IMG/VR virus record: IMGVR_UViG_3300047168_000120
Location: 1 to 64,000 of that record
DNA from: a virus
Reading direction: 5' to 3' (one strand)
DNA: 64,000 bases
The position numbers were made by a program, and so were the translations under genes. Each line of letters begins with the position of its first letter. Position 1 is the first letter of the stretch. Below the pieces are notes generated by a model. The model saw only the letters and a list, made by a program, of their open reading frames with translations, had not been told where the DNA came from and searched no databases. Of the stretch, positions 10,037 to 20,376 are shown in pieces.

Positions 10037-10383
10037 TAAAATAAATCATTCGTGTAATGACATGCATGTGCCAGTCTTTAGGGGCGAAGATTCACCGGGG
10101 TCACAGCTATGCAGGGTGATAAAAAGAATAAACATAAAGAAAATAGCGATATCATAGAAAATTTTTCTATTATTGACATTAAAGAATTGTCATTCTTTTG
10201 GGAAACAGCGAGCGATAAAGCGGCGTTTGCGCTGGTATTTCCATCGCTCATAGAGAAGCCAATACGTCCTTCCAGAGTTTAAGTCGGGCAATTCTGGTCA
10301 CCATTTGAGCCCGGAACCAAGACAAAAAGGGAGATCTAAAGCGGCGACCAACGGTTGCGAGGCTCCTTTAAGGAGCCCGCCCC

Positions 10384-11133
10384 ATGAGTGAATCCACCAA
10401 CCTGAATCTTCAGGGAAACGTCCAGTCCCTGAATCCGTCCCCCAGCATCGAGCTCTATTCGCTCGATACCTCACCGATCACAGCCGTCAACGGCGTTCCT
10501 GGCACGGGCGCCGTGTATAACTGGACGCCAGGCAATATAGGAGCCGCCCCGCTGTTTTTCGGCGGCGTCTCCTATAGTCCACTGCCGATCGAGTTCACTG
10601 ACATGAAAACCAGCGGCCAGGGCACAGTGGCCGCGCCGGTGATCTCAATTTCGTCGCTCGGTGGCCTGGTTGGCGCGCTGGTGGCATCTTTCGCCGACCT
10701 GGTCGGCGCCAAGGTCACCCGGATACGCACCTTCGCAAATTGCCTGGACGGCGCGGTCGACGCGGACCCTACAGCCTTCATCGGGCCTGACATTTTCTAC
10801 GTCGACAGGAAAAGTCATCACGACAAAAACTATGTCGAATTCACCCTGGCAATTTCTTACGATCAGCAAGGAAAAGTCTTTCCCGGCAGGCAGGTTCTCT
10901 CTGATGCCTGCACGCGCACTTACCGGTTCTGGAATGTGGCCACGAGCGCTTTCATCCAGGGAACGTGCCCCTACACCGGCGCAAATTATTTCGATACCTC
11001 TGGAAATTCCACGACCGATCCGACTCAGGATTTCTGCTCCAAGCAGCTGAATTCGGGTTGCTTGCTGCGTTTTCAGAATGATTCTCTGCCGACATATGCC
11101 TTTCCCGGTGCGTCGTTGACGGGAATTGGCTGA
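10384..11133 (+). CDS. Minor tail protein L (lambda gpL-like)
   Basis: DLVGAKVTRIRTFANCLD..DP; C-terminal Cys cluster (C..CPYTG..D.CSK..GC..RF..FPG). Confidence 0.9.
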   Translation: MSESTNLNLQGNVQSLNPSPSIELYSLDTSPITAVNGVPGTGAVYNWTPGNIGAAPLFFGGVSYSPLPIEFTDMKTSGQGTVAAPVISISSLGGLVGALVASFADLVGAKVTRIRTFANCLDGAVDADPTAFIGPDIFYVDRKSHHDKNYVEFTLAISYDQQGKVFPGRQVLSDACTRTYRFWNVATSAFIQGTCPYTGANYFDTSGNSTTDPTQDFCSKQLNSGCLLRFQNDSLPTYAFPGASLTGIG

Positions 11134-11888
11134 TGGTAAATCTTCCCCCATTCGTGACGCCGGCCGACATCGGCAAAATCCAGCAACACGCGTTGGACCA
11201 ATACCCGAAGGAATGTTGCGGCGCGATCACACCAGACGGCTACGTCCCGCTCGTCAACAAGCATCCGGTGCCCGACAGGGCCTTCGACTGCCGGGACGCT
11301 TGCAATGAACTCCTCGCGGCCGGGAAGCTGCTGGCGGTCGTGCATAGCCACCCCGGCGGCCCAATGGGGCCGAGCTCGTGGGATATGCGGCAACAGGTGG
11401 CCATGGACATCCCATGGGGTCTGGTCATCACGGACGGCAACCGTGTCAGCATCCCGTTTTTCTGGGGCGACACTCTTGAAATCCCGCCACTTGAAAGGCG
11501 GCCGTTTCGACACGGTCCAAGCGGGTCGGACGGCGCGGGCGACTGCTACGCGCTGATCCGCGATTGGTATCGCTTGGAGCGGCAAATCACCCTGCCGGTC
11601 GGTTTCAGGGATGATTCCTGGTGGTCGGGCGGGGAAGAGGGCGCCAATCTCTACATGACCGAATTTGGGAAGGCCGGCTTCGTTGATCTCGGCCGCTCTG
11701 AAGGCCTTCGGGATCCGCACGTTGGCGATGTGTTCCTTGTCCGTATCCGATCAAAGGTACCAAATCACGGCGGCGTTTACGTCGGTAACGGCAATATTCT
11801 TCACCACCCGGCCCAATGCCTATCGATCCACAAGCCGCTCGGCGAATGGGTCAAGCTCATCACCAATTGGCTTCGTTACACTGGATGA
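11133..11888 (+). CDS. Tail tip assembly protein K (JAB/MPN + NlpC/P60)
   Basis: YPKECCG, VHSHP..PS..D, DCYALIRDWY, PNHGGVYVGNG.ILHH. Confidence 0.9.
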   Translation: MVNLPPFVTPADIGKIQQHALDQYPKECCGAITPDGYVPLVNKHPVPDRAFDCRDACNELLAAGKLLAVVHSHPGGPMGPSSWDMRQQVAMDIPWGLVITDGNRVSIPFFWGDTLEIPPLERRPFRHGPSGSDGAGDCYALIRDWYRLERQITLPVGFRDDSWWSGGEEGANLYMTEFGKAGFVDLGRSEGLRDPHVGDVFLVRIRSKVPNHGGVYVGNGNILHHPAQCLSIHKPLGEWVKLITNWLRYTG

Positions 11889-14800
11889 ACGCGATCATTC
11901 CCCGCGATACGGTGATGAAAACGTGCGAGATTCATCTGCACGGAAAGCTCCGCACCCATTTTGGTGAAAGCGTGGTCGTTCCAGGTTCGACCGTATCATC
12001 AGCGATCAGGAACATGCTGATTGTACGGCCGGAAATCCGCTTTGTGCTGGAGGAAGGTGAATACCGGGTTGTTCGCGGAAGCCTGGATGGAGGCATCGAC
12101 CTTGATGCGTCGATGCTTCACATGCAGATCGGCCCGGCGCGTCAAATTCACCTCTTTCCGGTCGCGGCCGGCGGAGGCGGGGGCGGCGGTAACGGTGGAA
12201 CCTTAAAGACCGTTCTAGGCGCGATCATTATCGTTGCGGCTGTGGCTCTGGCAATCGCGGAGCCGTATTTGATACCAGCCGAAGTATCTGCTTTTTCCTA
12301 TTTCTCAGCGGTGGGAACTGTTGCTTTAATCGGTGCCTCTCTTCTGCTTTCGGGCATTTCGCGCCTAATCTCGCCGCAGCCAGGCCTCGGCCAATCCTAC
12401 CTTCTGAACGGCAACCTCAACACAAGCGGTCAGGGCACGCCTGTGCCCCTCGTTTATGGCCGCACGCGGGTCGGATCATTGGTTGTCGCGAGCTCTTACT
12501 CGGCGGAGGATTATAACACCAGCACGTCCGATTTCCATGGTGCGGCACCATTTTGGAATTCAACAGGAGGCTATTCCGGCGCGCTTGATGCCTTTGACTC
12601 CGGAAATCCGCTCCCGTCCGGCGCGCAAGGAAAGGGCGGCGGCGGTAAAAGTGGCGGCGGCGGTATTGAAGCTCCGAACACACTGGAAAGCAAATCGGTC
12701 GTCAGAATTATCGACATCCTCACGGAAGGACCAATGGGAGGGCTGGTCAACGGCCCTCAATCGATATTTTTCAACAATACGCCCCTGATGAATTCCGATG
12801 GAACCTGGAACTTCCGAGGAGTTACTTGGTACGTTTTATACGGAACGCCTGATCAGGTGGCGATTCCTGGTTATCCATCAGCCACAGAGACTGTGAGCGT
12901 AAACGAGCAGGTGCTGTACGGCACGCCGGTAATTCTTGATCTCGAAAGCACCACCGCGACATCCACGCGGATCACCATTGAGCTGCCAGGATTGTACGCC
13001 ACGAACACCCAAAATGGCGATATCAATCCGTCTTATCTTGGTCTCGAAATATATTGCGCTCCCGTCATAGGAACTACGACGGGAACTTATTCTTTAGCAG
13101 TAACTGATATTATCAGCGGGAAATGTACGAGCCCGTATCAACGTAGTTATGTTTTTGCGCTTCCAGGCGCCGGTTCCGGTACGACATCTTGGAGCGTCAA
13201 GATCGTCAAGACAACGCCGGAGAGCGCTGTTTCAACCACGATAAACCAGCTCTATTGGTTCGCTTACGATTTGATCACGGATCATCAGATCGCTTATTCA
13301 GATTCCGCAGGTATCGCGCTCGAAATCGACTCAGAAGCTTTTGGCTCGACGCTTCCGGCGCGAAGCTATTTGATCGATGGCATTATCGTTGAAGTGCCAG
13401 CAAACTATAATGCGACGACCCGGACATATGCATCGACCGGCCCTGGCACGAGCGGCGGATCCTGGGATTATGTGACGTTTCAGGCCGAGACGACCTCTAA
13501 TCCAGCCTGGTGCTTCTACGACTTCATAAAGAGCGCGCGGTACGGCCTCGGCCTGCCGGCTGCTCAATTGGAGACGGCGGCTCTGCAGCTCTATCAGATA
13601 TCTCAATATTGCGACGGTCTGGTGACGACGGGGGGAAGCGGCACAGAACCGCGCTATGAGCTCAATGGCGTGTTCAACCAGCGCGCCAGCGCCTTCCAGC
13701 TGATGCAGGCGATTGCCGCGACGTTCCGGGGTCAAGCCTATTGGGCGGGCGGCCAGGTCTGCGTGACGGCAGACATGCCGCAAAACCCGGTCAAAATTTA
13801 CACCGCGGCGAATGTCATAAATGGCAATTTCGTCTATGAGGGAACCTCCCTCAAAACGCGGCACACGACTGCGAACGTTCATTTTACGGACCCTAATAAC
13901 CAGTACCTTCCCGGTGTCGAGCCGGTTGAATTGCCGCAGCAAGTCGCGCAGCGCGGCATTTTCGCGTCTGATATCGTTGGTTTCGGGGTCACCTCGCGCG
14001 GCCTGGCACACCGGCTCGGCAACTGGCTCCTTTATACCGAGAATTTCCAGACTGAAACTGTCACCTTCTCGGTAAGCTGGGATAGCGCCGGCGTGGCGCC
14101 TGGCAATCTGATCCTGATCGCGGATAGCAATATTGCGGGCATCAGGATGGGCGGCAGGCTAAGGTCTAATTCGACGACAACCCAGCTGGCGCTCGACATG
14201 CCTTTCACGCCAGTATCCGGTCAAAGTTATACCGCGACTGTCGTTCTCGAGGACGGAACACTTGCGGAAAGTGTAACGGTTTCGAGCTTCACGAACACAA
14301 ACGTGTCGTCGGTTCCTTATATCCTCAGCGAGGATTTTCTGGCAGAGACGGCGATTTCTTCGCCTCTAATCAGCCTCTCACGTTCAACGTCGGCAACATA
14401 TATAAATTCTTCTGGTGGCGTTTCTACCGCGGCGGCTAATGTTGCCCGGTTTGATTATGCCAATGGATCTCCGGGACTTCTCCTGGAACAGGCCGCCACC
14501 AATCTTTGTCCTAATTCGAACTTGATCTCGAATGCTTTTACATATCCTGGAATTGTCGCCAATTCAGGCGTCGCCCCCGATGGAACGACTACGGCAACTA
14601 AGATAACGTCAAATGGAGGCGGCGTCAGGACTCAATATGCTGTGGGAGCGACATTACCGAATACCTATACGCAGTCGATTTGGGTTAAGGGTGCGACCGC
14701 GAGCACGCAGTCGTTTTATTTTTCATACAACAATTCCGGTGGAAGTCAGGTCGCGGCGCCAACCAACGTCAGCATAACGACGAGCTGGCAGCGAATTGTT

Positions 14801-17026
14801 CTACCACCTGTTTCAGTGCCATCCGGTGCCACTGATCTCATGATCCAGATAAACACTGCGGGGACATCAGTGTTTTATCTTTGGGGAGCACAATGCGAGC
14901 TCGGCAGCGTCGCGACATCAACAATTTTGACATCTGGCTCCTCTGTAACGCGCGCTGCCGATACTCTTTACGCCAACCTGACCCAGTCTGTCGCGAGCGG
15001 AACTCTTATTGCCGAAGCGATCGCCCCTGGCGGAACGTCAGGAGCGGCATACGGCGCGCTGAGCCTGCATAACGGGTTGGCACCGGTCGACAATGTTTCC
15101 ATGTCTTTTGCCGCTAATGGCGTGACTTCCGGAAGCATTGAGGCGAGCGGGGTTACTTCCTCTCTTAGTTCCAGCACGATTACGCCAGGAGCGAGTGTGC
15201 GCGAAGCTATCAGCTGGGGATTTACTGGCCTCATCCAGCAAGCCATCAACGGCACGTTTCTCGATGGCATTACGACGTCGTCTGTGTCTGTAAATCTTAA
15301 CCAAATCACGGTTACTGCACAGAATCCTTTTTACCTGAATCGCATAGTTTTATATCCCTATGCCAGGGTGGGCGCAGATCTTGCAGCTATCAGCCTTCCC
15401 TCATTCGATCCGAATAGCGAAGCGCAGGTTGGCGCGTCGTACACAATTGCCAATCTCGCTACACCTCTCCCGTCTCCCCCGCTCGATCAGGCCGTGTTTA
15501 TTCTGCAAGACGCGAATTCGCCGCCGACGGAATGGCAGGTCTCTGGCATAACCGAAAAAGAGCGCGGCATCTTTGAGATCGTCGCCGTCAGCTATAATCC
15601 GAATAAATTCTCACTGGTCGAGACGCTTCAGACGCTGAACATCCCGGTTTTCAGCACGGTACCGTCTCAGCTTATTTCCGCGCTGCCGGCGCCGACCAAT
15701 GTGACGGCGATTACGACTCTGGCGGGTCAGGGCGTGACGACGATCGTGCGCACGACGGTGTCGTGGACCGTGCCGCAGGACAGCAGGATCGTGCAGTATC
15801 AGGTGTCGGTGGTGAACGCCGAGGGAACCACCGTCGCGGTTCTCACGCCGACCGGAGCTTCGGTGGTGATCGATAACCTGACGCCGGATACATATTACTT
15901 TGCGGTGCGATCTCTCGGAACCAATGGCTCCACGAGCTCCTGGGCGTACTCGTCCTCTTTCGTCATTTCCGGAACTTCCAACAATACGCCGCCGGCGCCG
16001 ACCGGCCTGACTGCCGTGGGAGGCAACAGATCGGTCTATCTGCAATGGGTGGCTTCAACGCAGAGGGATGTTCAGTATAATAATGTCTGGAGGTCGTCGA
16101 CCTCCGTAGCGCCGCACCAATCCGGATCAATCGCCGCGCTGATCGGCACCACATCAGGAACAGCCTATCTCGATGGCGACAGTCAGACCCTGACGCCGGG
16201 AACATTCTGGTATTATTGGGTTGAGGCGGTGACATCAACCGCTGTCGTGGGCGCTCTTAGCGCGGATGTCGAAGTCGAAATCGGCTACATTTTGGGTTCT
16301 GACATTGGCAACGGCGCGATTGCCACGATCAATGCCTTTGCTGCTCAATTTCAGCCGATTGGCGTTTGGACCGGCACTTCCCTTCCCGCCAATCCGGCAG
16401 CGGCCGGCGGCGCGACGACAATCGTTTGGCAGAGCAATTTCACGGTTTATACCTGGAACACTACCAGCAGCGCCTGGCAGACAGGCGTGACACCGAATTT
16501 GCTGACGGCCGGAACTTTGAACGCCGGTGTTGTTCTCGGGTCTTTGGCGAATTTTGGTACGGTGCAAATCACCAATGCTCAGATCGAAAATGCGACGATC
16601 ACAGGGACGTTGATCGCGGCTCATGCAATCACGCAGACGAGTGAACTGACTTTATCTACTCAAACTTTCACTTTAGATGATGTTTCTGCTTCAGGAAGCC
16701 TTTCGATTACGGTTCCATCTGACGCATATGTGCTTCTTTTTGTTACAGCTTACGGTTTGGCCTTGAGCTCTGGAGGTGATGGATACGTTGCCGATGGTCT
16801 TGTAGCGTCAGTCGCCCGTGGCGGCACGACTATTTGTAATGTGGTATTAAGCGGATCTCCTTCATTTATTGACCCTGTATTTTTGGGTGAAACAGTGACG
16901 TCCTATGATGGTCCGGGCTCCGGCACCTATTCTTATGAGCTGAGTGTAAACTTTTATTCAGGTGCAAGTCCTGCGGAGGGGCAGCAGTTTTATGCGTCTT
17001 TGGTGGCGATGGTGGTCACAAAATGA
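11885..17026 (+). CDS. Fused tail assembly protein I + central tail fibre/tip protein J, with an inserted fibre domain and FN3-like repeats
   Basis: ATGA overlap with the gpK stop; gpI motifs (IHLHGKL..FG; NTSGQGTPVPLVYGRTRVGS) continue in frame into the gpJ N-term (GKGGG..EAPNTLES..IIDILTEGP), SNPAW, EPRY. Confidence 0.85.
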   Translation: MNAIIPRDTVMKTCEIHLHGKLRTHFGESVVVPGSTVSSAIRNMLIVRPEIRFVLEEGEYRVVRGSLDGGIDLDASMLHMQIGPARQIHLFPVAAGGGGGGGNGGTLKTVLGAIIIVAAVALAIAEPYLIPAEVSAFSYFSAVGTVALIGASLLLSGISRLISPQPGLGQSYLLNGNLNTSGQGTPVPLVYGRTRVGSLVVASSYSAEDYNTSTSDFHGAAPFWNSTGGYSGALDAFDSGNPLPSGAQGKGGGGKSGGGGIEAPNTLESKSVVRIIDILTEGPMGGLVNGPQSIFFNNTPLMNSDGTWNFRGVTWYVLYGTPDQVAIPGYPSATETVSVNEQVLYGTPVILDLESTTATSTRITIELPGLYATNTQNGDINPSYLGLEIYCAPVIGTTTGTYSLAVTDIISGKCTSPYQRSYVFALPGAGSGTTSWSVKIVKTTPESAVSTTINQLYWFAYDLITDHQIAYSDSAGIALEIDSEAFGSTLPARSYLIDGIIVEVPANYNATTRTYASTGPGTSGGSWDYVTFQAETTSNPAWCFYDFIKSARYGLGLPAAQLETAALQLYQISQYCDGLVTTGGSGTEPRYELNGVFNQRASAFQLMQAIAATFRGQAYWAGGQVCVTADMPQNPVKIYTAANVINGNFVYEGTSLKTRHTTANVHFTDPNNQYLPGVEPVELPQQVAQRGIFASDIVGFGVTSRGLAHRLGNWLLYTENFQTETVTFSVSWDSAGVAPGNLILIADSNIAGIRMGGRLRSNSTTTQLALDMPFTPVSGQSYTATVVLEDGTLAESVTVSSFTNTNVSSVPYILSEDFLAETAISSPLISLSRSTSATYINSSGGVSTAAANVARFDYANGSPGLLLEQAATNLCPNSNLISNAFTYPGIVANSGVAPDGTTTATKITSNGGGVRTQYAVGATLPNTYTQSIWVKGATASTQSFYFSYNNSGGSQVAAPTNVSITTSWQRIVLPPVSVPSGATDLMIQINTAGTSVFYLWGAQCELGSVATSTILTSGSSVTRAADTLYANLTQSVASGTLIAEAIAPGGTSGAAYGALSLHNGLAPVDNVSMSFAANGVTSGSIEASGVTSSLSSSTITPGASVREAISWGFTGLIQQAINGTFLDGITTSSVSVNLNQITVTAQNPFYLNRIVLYPYARVGADLAAISLPSFDPNSEAQVGASYTIANLATPLPSPPLDQAVFILQDANSPPTEWQVSGITEKERGIFEIVAVSYNPNKFSLVETLQTLNIPVFSTVPSQLISALPAPTNVTAITTLAGQGVTTIVRTTVSWTVPQDSRIVQYQVSVVNAEGTTVAVLTPTGASVVIDNLTPDTYYFAVRSLGTNGSTSSWAYSSSFVISGTSNNTPPAPTGLTAVGGNRSVYLQWVASTQRDVQYNNVWRSSTSVAPHQSGSIAALIGTTSGTAYLDGDSQTLTPGTFWYYWVEAVTSTAVVGALSADVEVEIGYILGSDIGNGAIATINAFAAQFQPIGVWTGTSLPANPAAAGGATTIVWQSNFTVYTWNTTSSAWQTGVTPNLLTAGTLNAGVVLGSLANFGTVQITNAQIENATITGTLIAAHAITQTSELTLSTQTFTLDDVSASGSLSITVPSDAYVLLFVTAYGLALSSGGDGYVADGLVASVARGGTTICNVVLSGSPSFIDPVFLGETVTSYDGPGSGTYSYELSVNFYSGASPAEGQQFYASLVAMVVTK

Positions 17027-17448
17027 TAGTTTTTGCGGCTTACGATAGCACTGGCGCCATTAAATATTTCGTGACCGTAAACGATCAGGATAGTGCGCAA
17101 CAAACAGGGCCGGCTGGAGGAGGGATTGTTGCGCTGGAGGAGCCTCCGGCTGATCTCCGTGCTTTTGCATCTGAGAATTATGTTGCGAGCGGAGCCGTCG
17201 CGTCGCGTTCAGCGATGAGCTTGGTTTTGAGCAAAACAAGTTTCACGGCCAACGGAACGGACGAAGTGACTATTACCGGCATACCAGCCGGCGCCAGCGC
17301 GCGGATATACGGCGCCGTATCGGCCGGCCCGGAGACCATAACCGATGGGGAGCTCGTCATCACCAGCACACACGCCGGCGCGATCACTGTCAGCATTTCG
17401 CTGCGGCCCTCGCACCAGGATTGGAGCACAACGATCAATGCGACTTGA
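17023..17448 (+). CDS. Tail-associated hypothetical protein
   Basis: ATGA overlap with gpJ; beta-rich, 141 aa. Confidence 0.6.
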   Translation: MIVFAAYDSTGAIKYFVTVNDQDSAQQTGPAGGGIVALEEPPADLRAFASENYVASGAVASRSAMSLVLSKTSFTANGTDEVTITGIPAGASARIYGAVSAGPETITDGELVITSTHAGAITVSISLRPSHQDWSTTINAT

Positions 17449-17737
17449 CCTTGGAATGTCGCTGGAGGAACACCGCCGGGCGACGATTGGACGCGTTTCA
17501 GCCGCGGCTCGGGCTGCTCATGCAGCGCATGAAGATGCCGGCGGCTACCCTATGGCTGTCGCGAGCCACCTTAGTCTGCTGTCGGGTCACCCTGAACGGG
17601 CTGGCGCCCAAGCATCGATGGAGACTCACCTCGCTATCAATGCCGCCCGGATGGCTGCGATTGAGGCCATCCGGGCGGCTCCAGATGCCGCCGCTGTCCG
17701 CAACATCCTCGAAAATTTCGGCCCAAGTACCGAGTAG
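17438..17737 (+). CDS. Hypothetical protein (possible tail fibre assembly)
   Basis: ATG overlaps the previous gene; C-term RMAAIEAIRAAPDAAAV. Confidence 0.45.
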   Translation: MRLDLGMSLEEHRRATIGRVSAAARAAHAAHEDAGGYPMAVASHLSLLSGHPERAGAQASMETHLAINAARMAAIEAIRAAPDAAAVRNILENFGPSTE

Positions 17738-17830
17738 CTATTCGTTTTCTGCATAGCTTCTTGTCCGCACCTTTGCCTAGGCGACCAGCAACCTTGAATT
17801 GTCTGGTCCACCGAAGCGTGGGGGTGAGAT

Positions 17831-18247
17831 ATGGACGCAATTCTGGAGTCTAGCCTTCTGACCGCCCTGGGCCCGATCGGTTTAGCCGCGATGGCTTTGG
17901 CGGCCTGCTATTTCATTTGGCAGCGTCAGAATGATCAGTTCAACGAATTCGGAAAGCGGGTCGATCAGGTTCTCAATATGCTGTCCGAACAGATCAAGGA
18001 AACCGACAAAAAAGCTGTTGAAGCGGCGGATGAAGTGGATAATTGCCGCACTGAAAACAGCGCCGCCATCGCCGCGCTTGCCGCGACAAATGCGCAGTTT
18101 CAGATCCATATTTCTGAGAGCAGGCCGACCCGCGATGAAATCAACCAGTCGATTGCCCGCGTCGTAGACGCAATGAAGGACGTCGTTGCGCCTCTTCGGG
18201 AAGATATTAAGTTTCTCAAGGATAACCTCGTGAGCAAAAGGTCATAA
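17831..18247 (+). CDS. Membrane-anchored coiled-coil protein (holin-like candidate)
   Basis: N-terminal TM helix; directly upstream of the putative lysin. Confidence 0.5.
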   Translation: MDAILESSLLTALGPIGLAAMALAACYFIWQRQNDQFNEFGKRVDQVLNMLSEQIKETDKKAVEAADEVDNCRTENSAAIAALAATNAQFQIHISESRPTRDEINQSIARVVDAMKDVVAPLREDIKFLKDNLVSKRS

Positions 18248-18250
18248 CGA

Positions 18251-18817
18251 ATGGTTGACCGCGGCATCCGCAATAATAATCCGGGCAACCTGGACCTAGG
18301 CATCGAATGGGATGGCTTGGCGCCCGTGCAGACCGATCCCCGCTTCTGCGTCTTTATCACGCCGGAATACGGCATCCGGGCACTCATCATTGTACTGCTG
18401 AACTATCAAACGAAGTACGGGCTTCGCACCATTCGGAGCATGATTACGCGGTGGGCTCCTCCTAATGAGAACGACACGGAGGCGTATATCAAATTCGTGG
18501 CCGGCCGGGTCGGGGTGTCGCCAGATACGGTGATCGACCTGCACGATGTTCATTTGTGCAAGCCGATGGTCATGGCGATCATCGCGCAAGAAAACAGTAA
18601 TTTTGCGTACCAGGATTCGGTTTTGACGGGTGCCTTGGCTCTGGCGGGGTTGGCGCAGGCCGCTCCGGTATCCCCAACCCCTTCCATCCCTGCGGCCGCT
18701 CCCGTCGTCCCTGCGCCGACGGTTCCGCCAGTCTCCGCCGCCGAAGAAACCATACCTGGCCCAATTCCTATCCCCATAGAAGGAGCCTCCGATGCCCCCG
18801 GAAGCCAAGAATCCTGA
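18251..18817 (+). CDS. Putative endolysin (lysozyme-like RNNNPGN family) with a Pro-rich tail
   Basis: RGIRNNNPGNL..RFCVF..YGIRAL..ITRWAPPNENDTEAY..IIAQEN. Confidence 0.7.
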   Translation: MVDRGIRNNNPGNLDLGIEWDGLAPVQTDPRFCVFITPEYGIRALIIVLLNYQTKYGLRTIRSMITRWAPPNENDTEAYIKFVAGRVGVSPDTVIDLHDVHLCKPMVMAIIAQENSNFAYQDSVLTGALALAGLAQAAPVSPTPSIPAAAPVVPAPTVPPVSAAEETIPGPIPIPIEGASDAPGSQES

Positions 18818-19463
18818 CGAACCCGAGCAGCCGGGCGACGCGCCGCAGCTCGATCCCCACACCAAGAGCATCGTTGAGGCTTGGAATTACCTCGTGCCTC
18901 GGCTGGACAAGGTGCAGGCGCTCGTGGCCGCCGGCTGGCTGCACGCGGAGCCACAGGAATGCCTGATCGATACCCTGATCCGTGAGATCACGCTGCTGCG
19001 GGCCGAGCGCCTGGCGCCGGCCGTGATCCCGGACCTCAGCGCCATCATCCTGGGTGCGTTCATGTCGATGTGCATGACGCTGCGGGCGAATTTGAACGAT
19101 CCAGCCAAGTCGATCCAGCAGCACCGCTACGCCGCCTTCGAACAAGCGATCGCGGGCGTGCTTCCGACCTTTGTTGGCCGCGGGCGCGTAGAGGCTTTCT
19201 CCGCAATGAAGGCGATCATCGAGTTGGACATCAAGGATGCGGAGCGCGTGATCGGCATTCTGAAAAGCCAGGAAGTGGTGCAATCCCCCTTCGTCGCGAA
19301 GCGCATCCAGTTCCTGGAGACCAACATCGGATTCTTGCGCAGCGCCGAGGAGATGGTCGTGGGCTTGATGACGGGCGGACTGACGCCGGAACAGGCGCTG
19401 GCTAAATCAAAGTCCGCGCGGGCTCACCTGGCCGAAGCACCGGCGGCGAACGCGATAAACTAA
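18792..19463 (+). CDS. Hypothetical protein
   Basis: 223-aa ORF with an AAGGAG RBS and coding-like GC3. Confidence 0.6.
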   Translation: MPPEAKNPDEPEQPGDAPQLDPHTKSIVEAWNYLVPRLDKVQALVAAGWLHAEPQECLIDTLIREITLLRAERLAPAVIPDLSAIILGAFMSMCMTLRANLNDPAKSIQQHRYAAFEQAIAGVLPTFVGRGRVEAFSAMKAIIELDIKDAERVIGILKSQEVVQSPFVAKRIQFLETNIGFLRSAEEMVVGLMTGGLTPEQALAKSKSARAHLAEAPAANAIN

Positions 19464-19466
19464 AAT

Positions 19467-19556
19467 TGGCGGAAGGGGTGGGATTTGAACCCACGGTACC
19501 CAAAGGTACGGCAGTTTTCAGGACTGCTGCCATAAACCGGACTCGGCCACCCTTCC
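19467..19556 (-). tRNA. tRNA-Ser (anticodon UGA), CCA encoded
   Basis: GGAAGGGTGGCCGAGTCCGGTTTATGGCAGCAGTCC-TGA-AAACTGC, long variable arm, GGTTCAAATCC..GCCA. Confidence 0.9.
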
Positions 19557-19698
19557 TAGCAAGTAAGGGCGTTACGATCGGTCAGATCTGGAACATGCGC
19601 CCTGAATGATGTTCGCCTGCATCTCTTCCAGAGAAACAGGTTTTCTGCCGGGAACATGCAAAGCGCCTCGCAGCCTGCTTACTGCTGTTCCGGAGACT

Positions 19699-19774
19699 TG
19701 GTGCCGGCGGGGTAGAATCGAACTCCCGACCTTCAACTTACAAGGGTGCTGCACTGCCACTGTGCTACGCCGGC
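19699..19774 (-). tRNA. tRNA-Thr (anticodon UGU), imperfect stems, possibly degenerate
   Basis: GCCGGCG/CGCCGGC acceptor stem, CT-TGT-AA loop, TTCGATT, ACCA; two anticodon-stem mismatches and a T-stem bulge. Confidence 0.7.
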
Positions 19775-20193
19775 GCATGGTCAAGCGCCTGTCGTCGTTC
19801 GGGTGGTGAAAGTGCGGGGCAGCATGGGAGCGCTGATAGCCCGGCGCCGAGCGGCGCGCAAGGAAAAAGCCGCCGGGTTGCCCCCGGGAGCTCGTTGTGG
19901 ATGGTTTCGGTGATGATTTGGACGGGACCGCCGTAAGCTACTGCCCGGATATGTGTGGCACGTCCGCCGGATCTGGCTTTGGTTTGCGCGCGCCGGGCCC
20001 CGACAATTTAATGTCAAAATCTGACATTATTATGCGTTTTTCCGACCTTCATTCGCCCGCGGCATAGTATCTCTACGGATGCCAAAACCTTGGCAGAGCC
20101 TCCTTCGTGTCCATCCGTTGCTGCGCGCGTTCGCCTTAGCCTTCACCTTTGTCCGCTGGCGCATCGTAGGCCGGCCGCGCCGCCAAGCCGGTT

Positions 20194-20376
20194 TTAGGCA
20201 TCTTGAAGCTCACCATCGACGGTATCGTTTCCGTCATCGTCGATAAATTGCTCCGCGATAAGCGACATCGACTTCGCCCATGAAGGAACTTTTTGGTGTT
20301 CGCTGGGATGCGCACTCCTGAGGCCGCAGTCCAAATAGAGCTTGTACCAAATCTCTCGCTCATCAGGATCCAACAA
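20194..20376 (-). CDS. Small hypothetical protein
   Basis: 60-aa ORF preceded by GGAGG; an overlapping alternative frame exists. Confidence 0.35.
   Translation of the reverse strand: MLDPDEREIWYKLYLDCGLRSAHPSEHQKVPSWAKSMSLIAEQFIDDDGNDTVDGELQDA

Noticed and set aside
19790-20030. Structured ncRNA upstream of the tRNAs
   Set aside because: GC-rich with some pairing potential and one inverted repeat near 20010-20028, but no recognisable family or repeated pattern.
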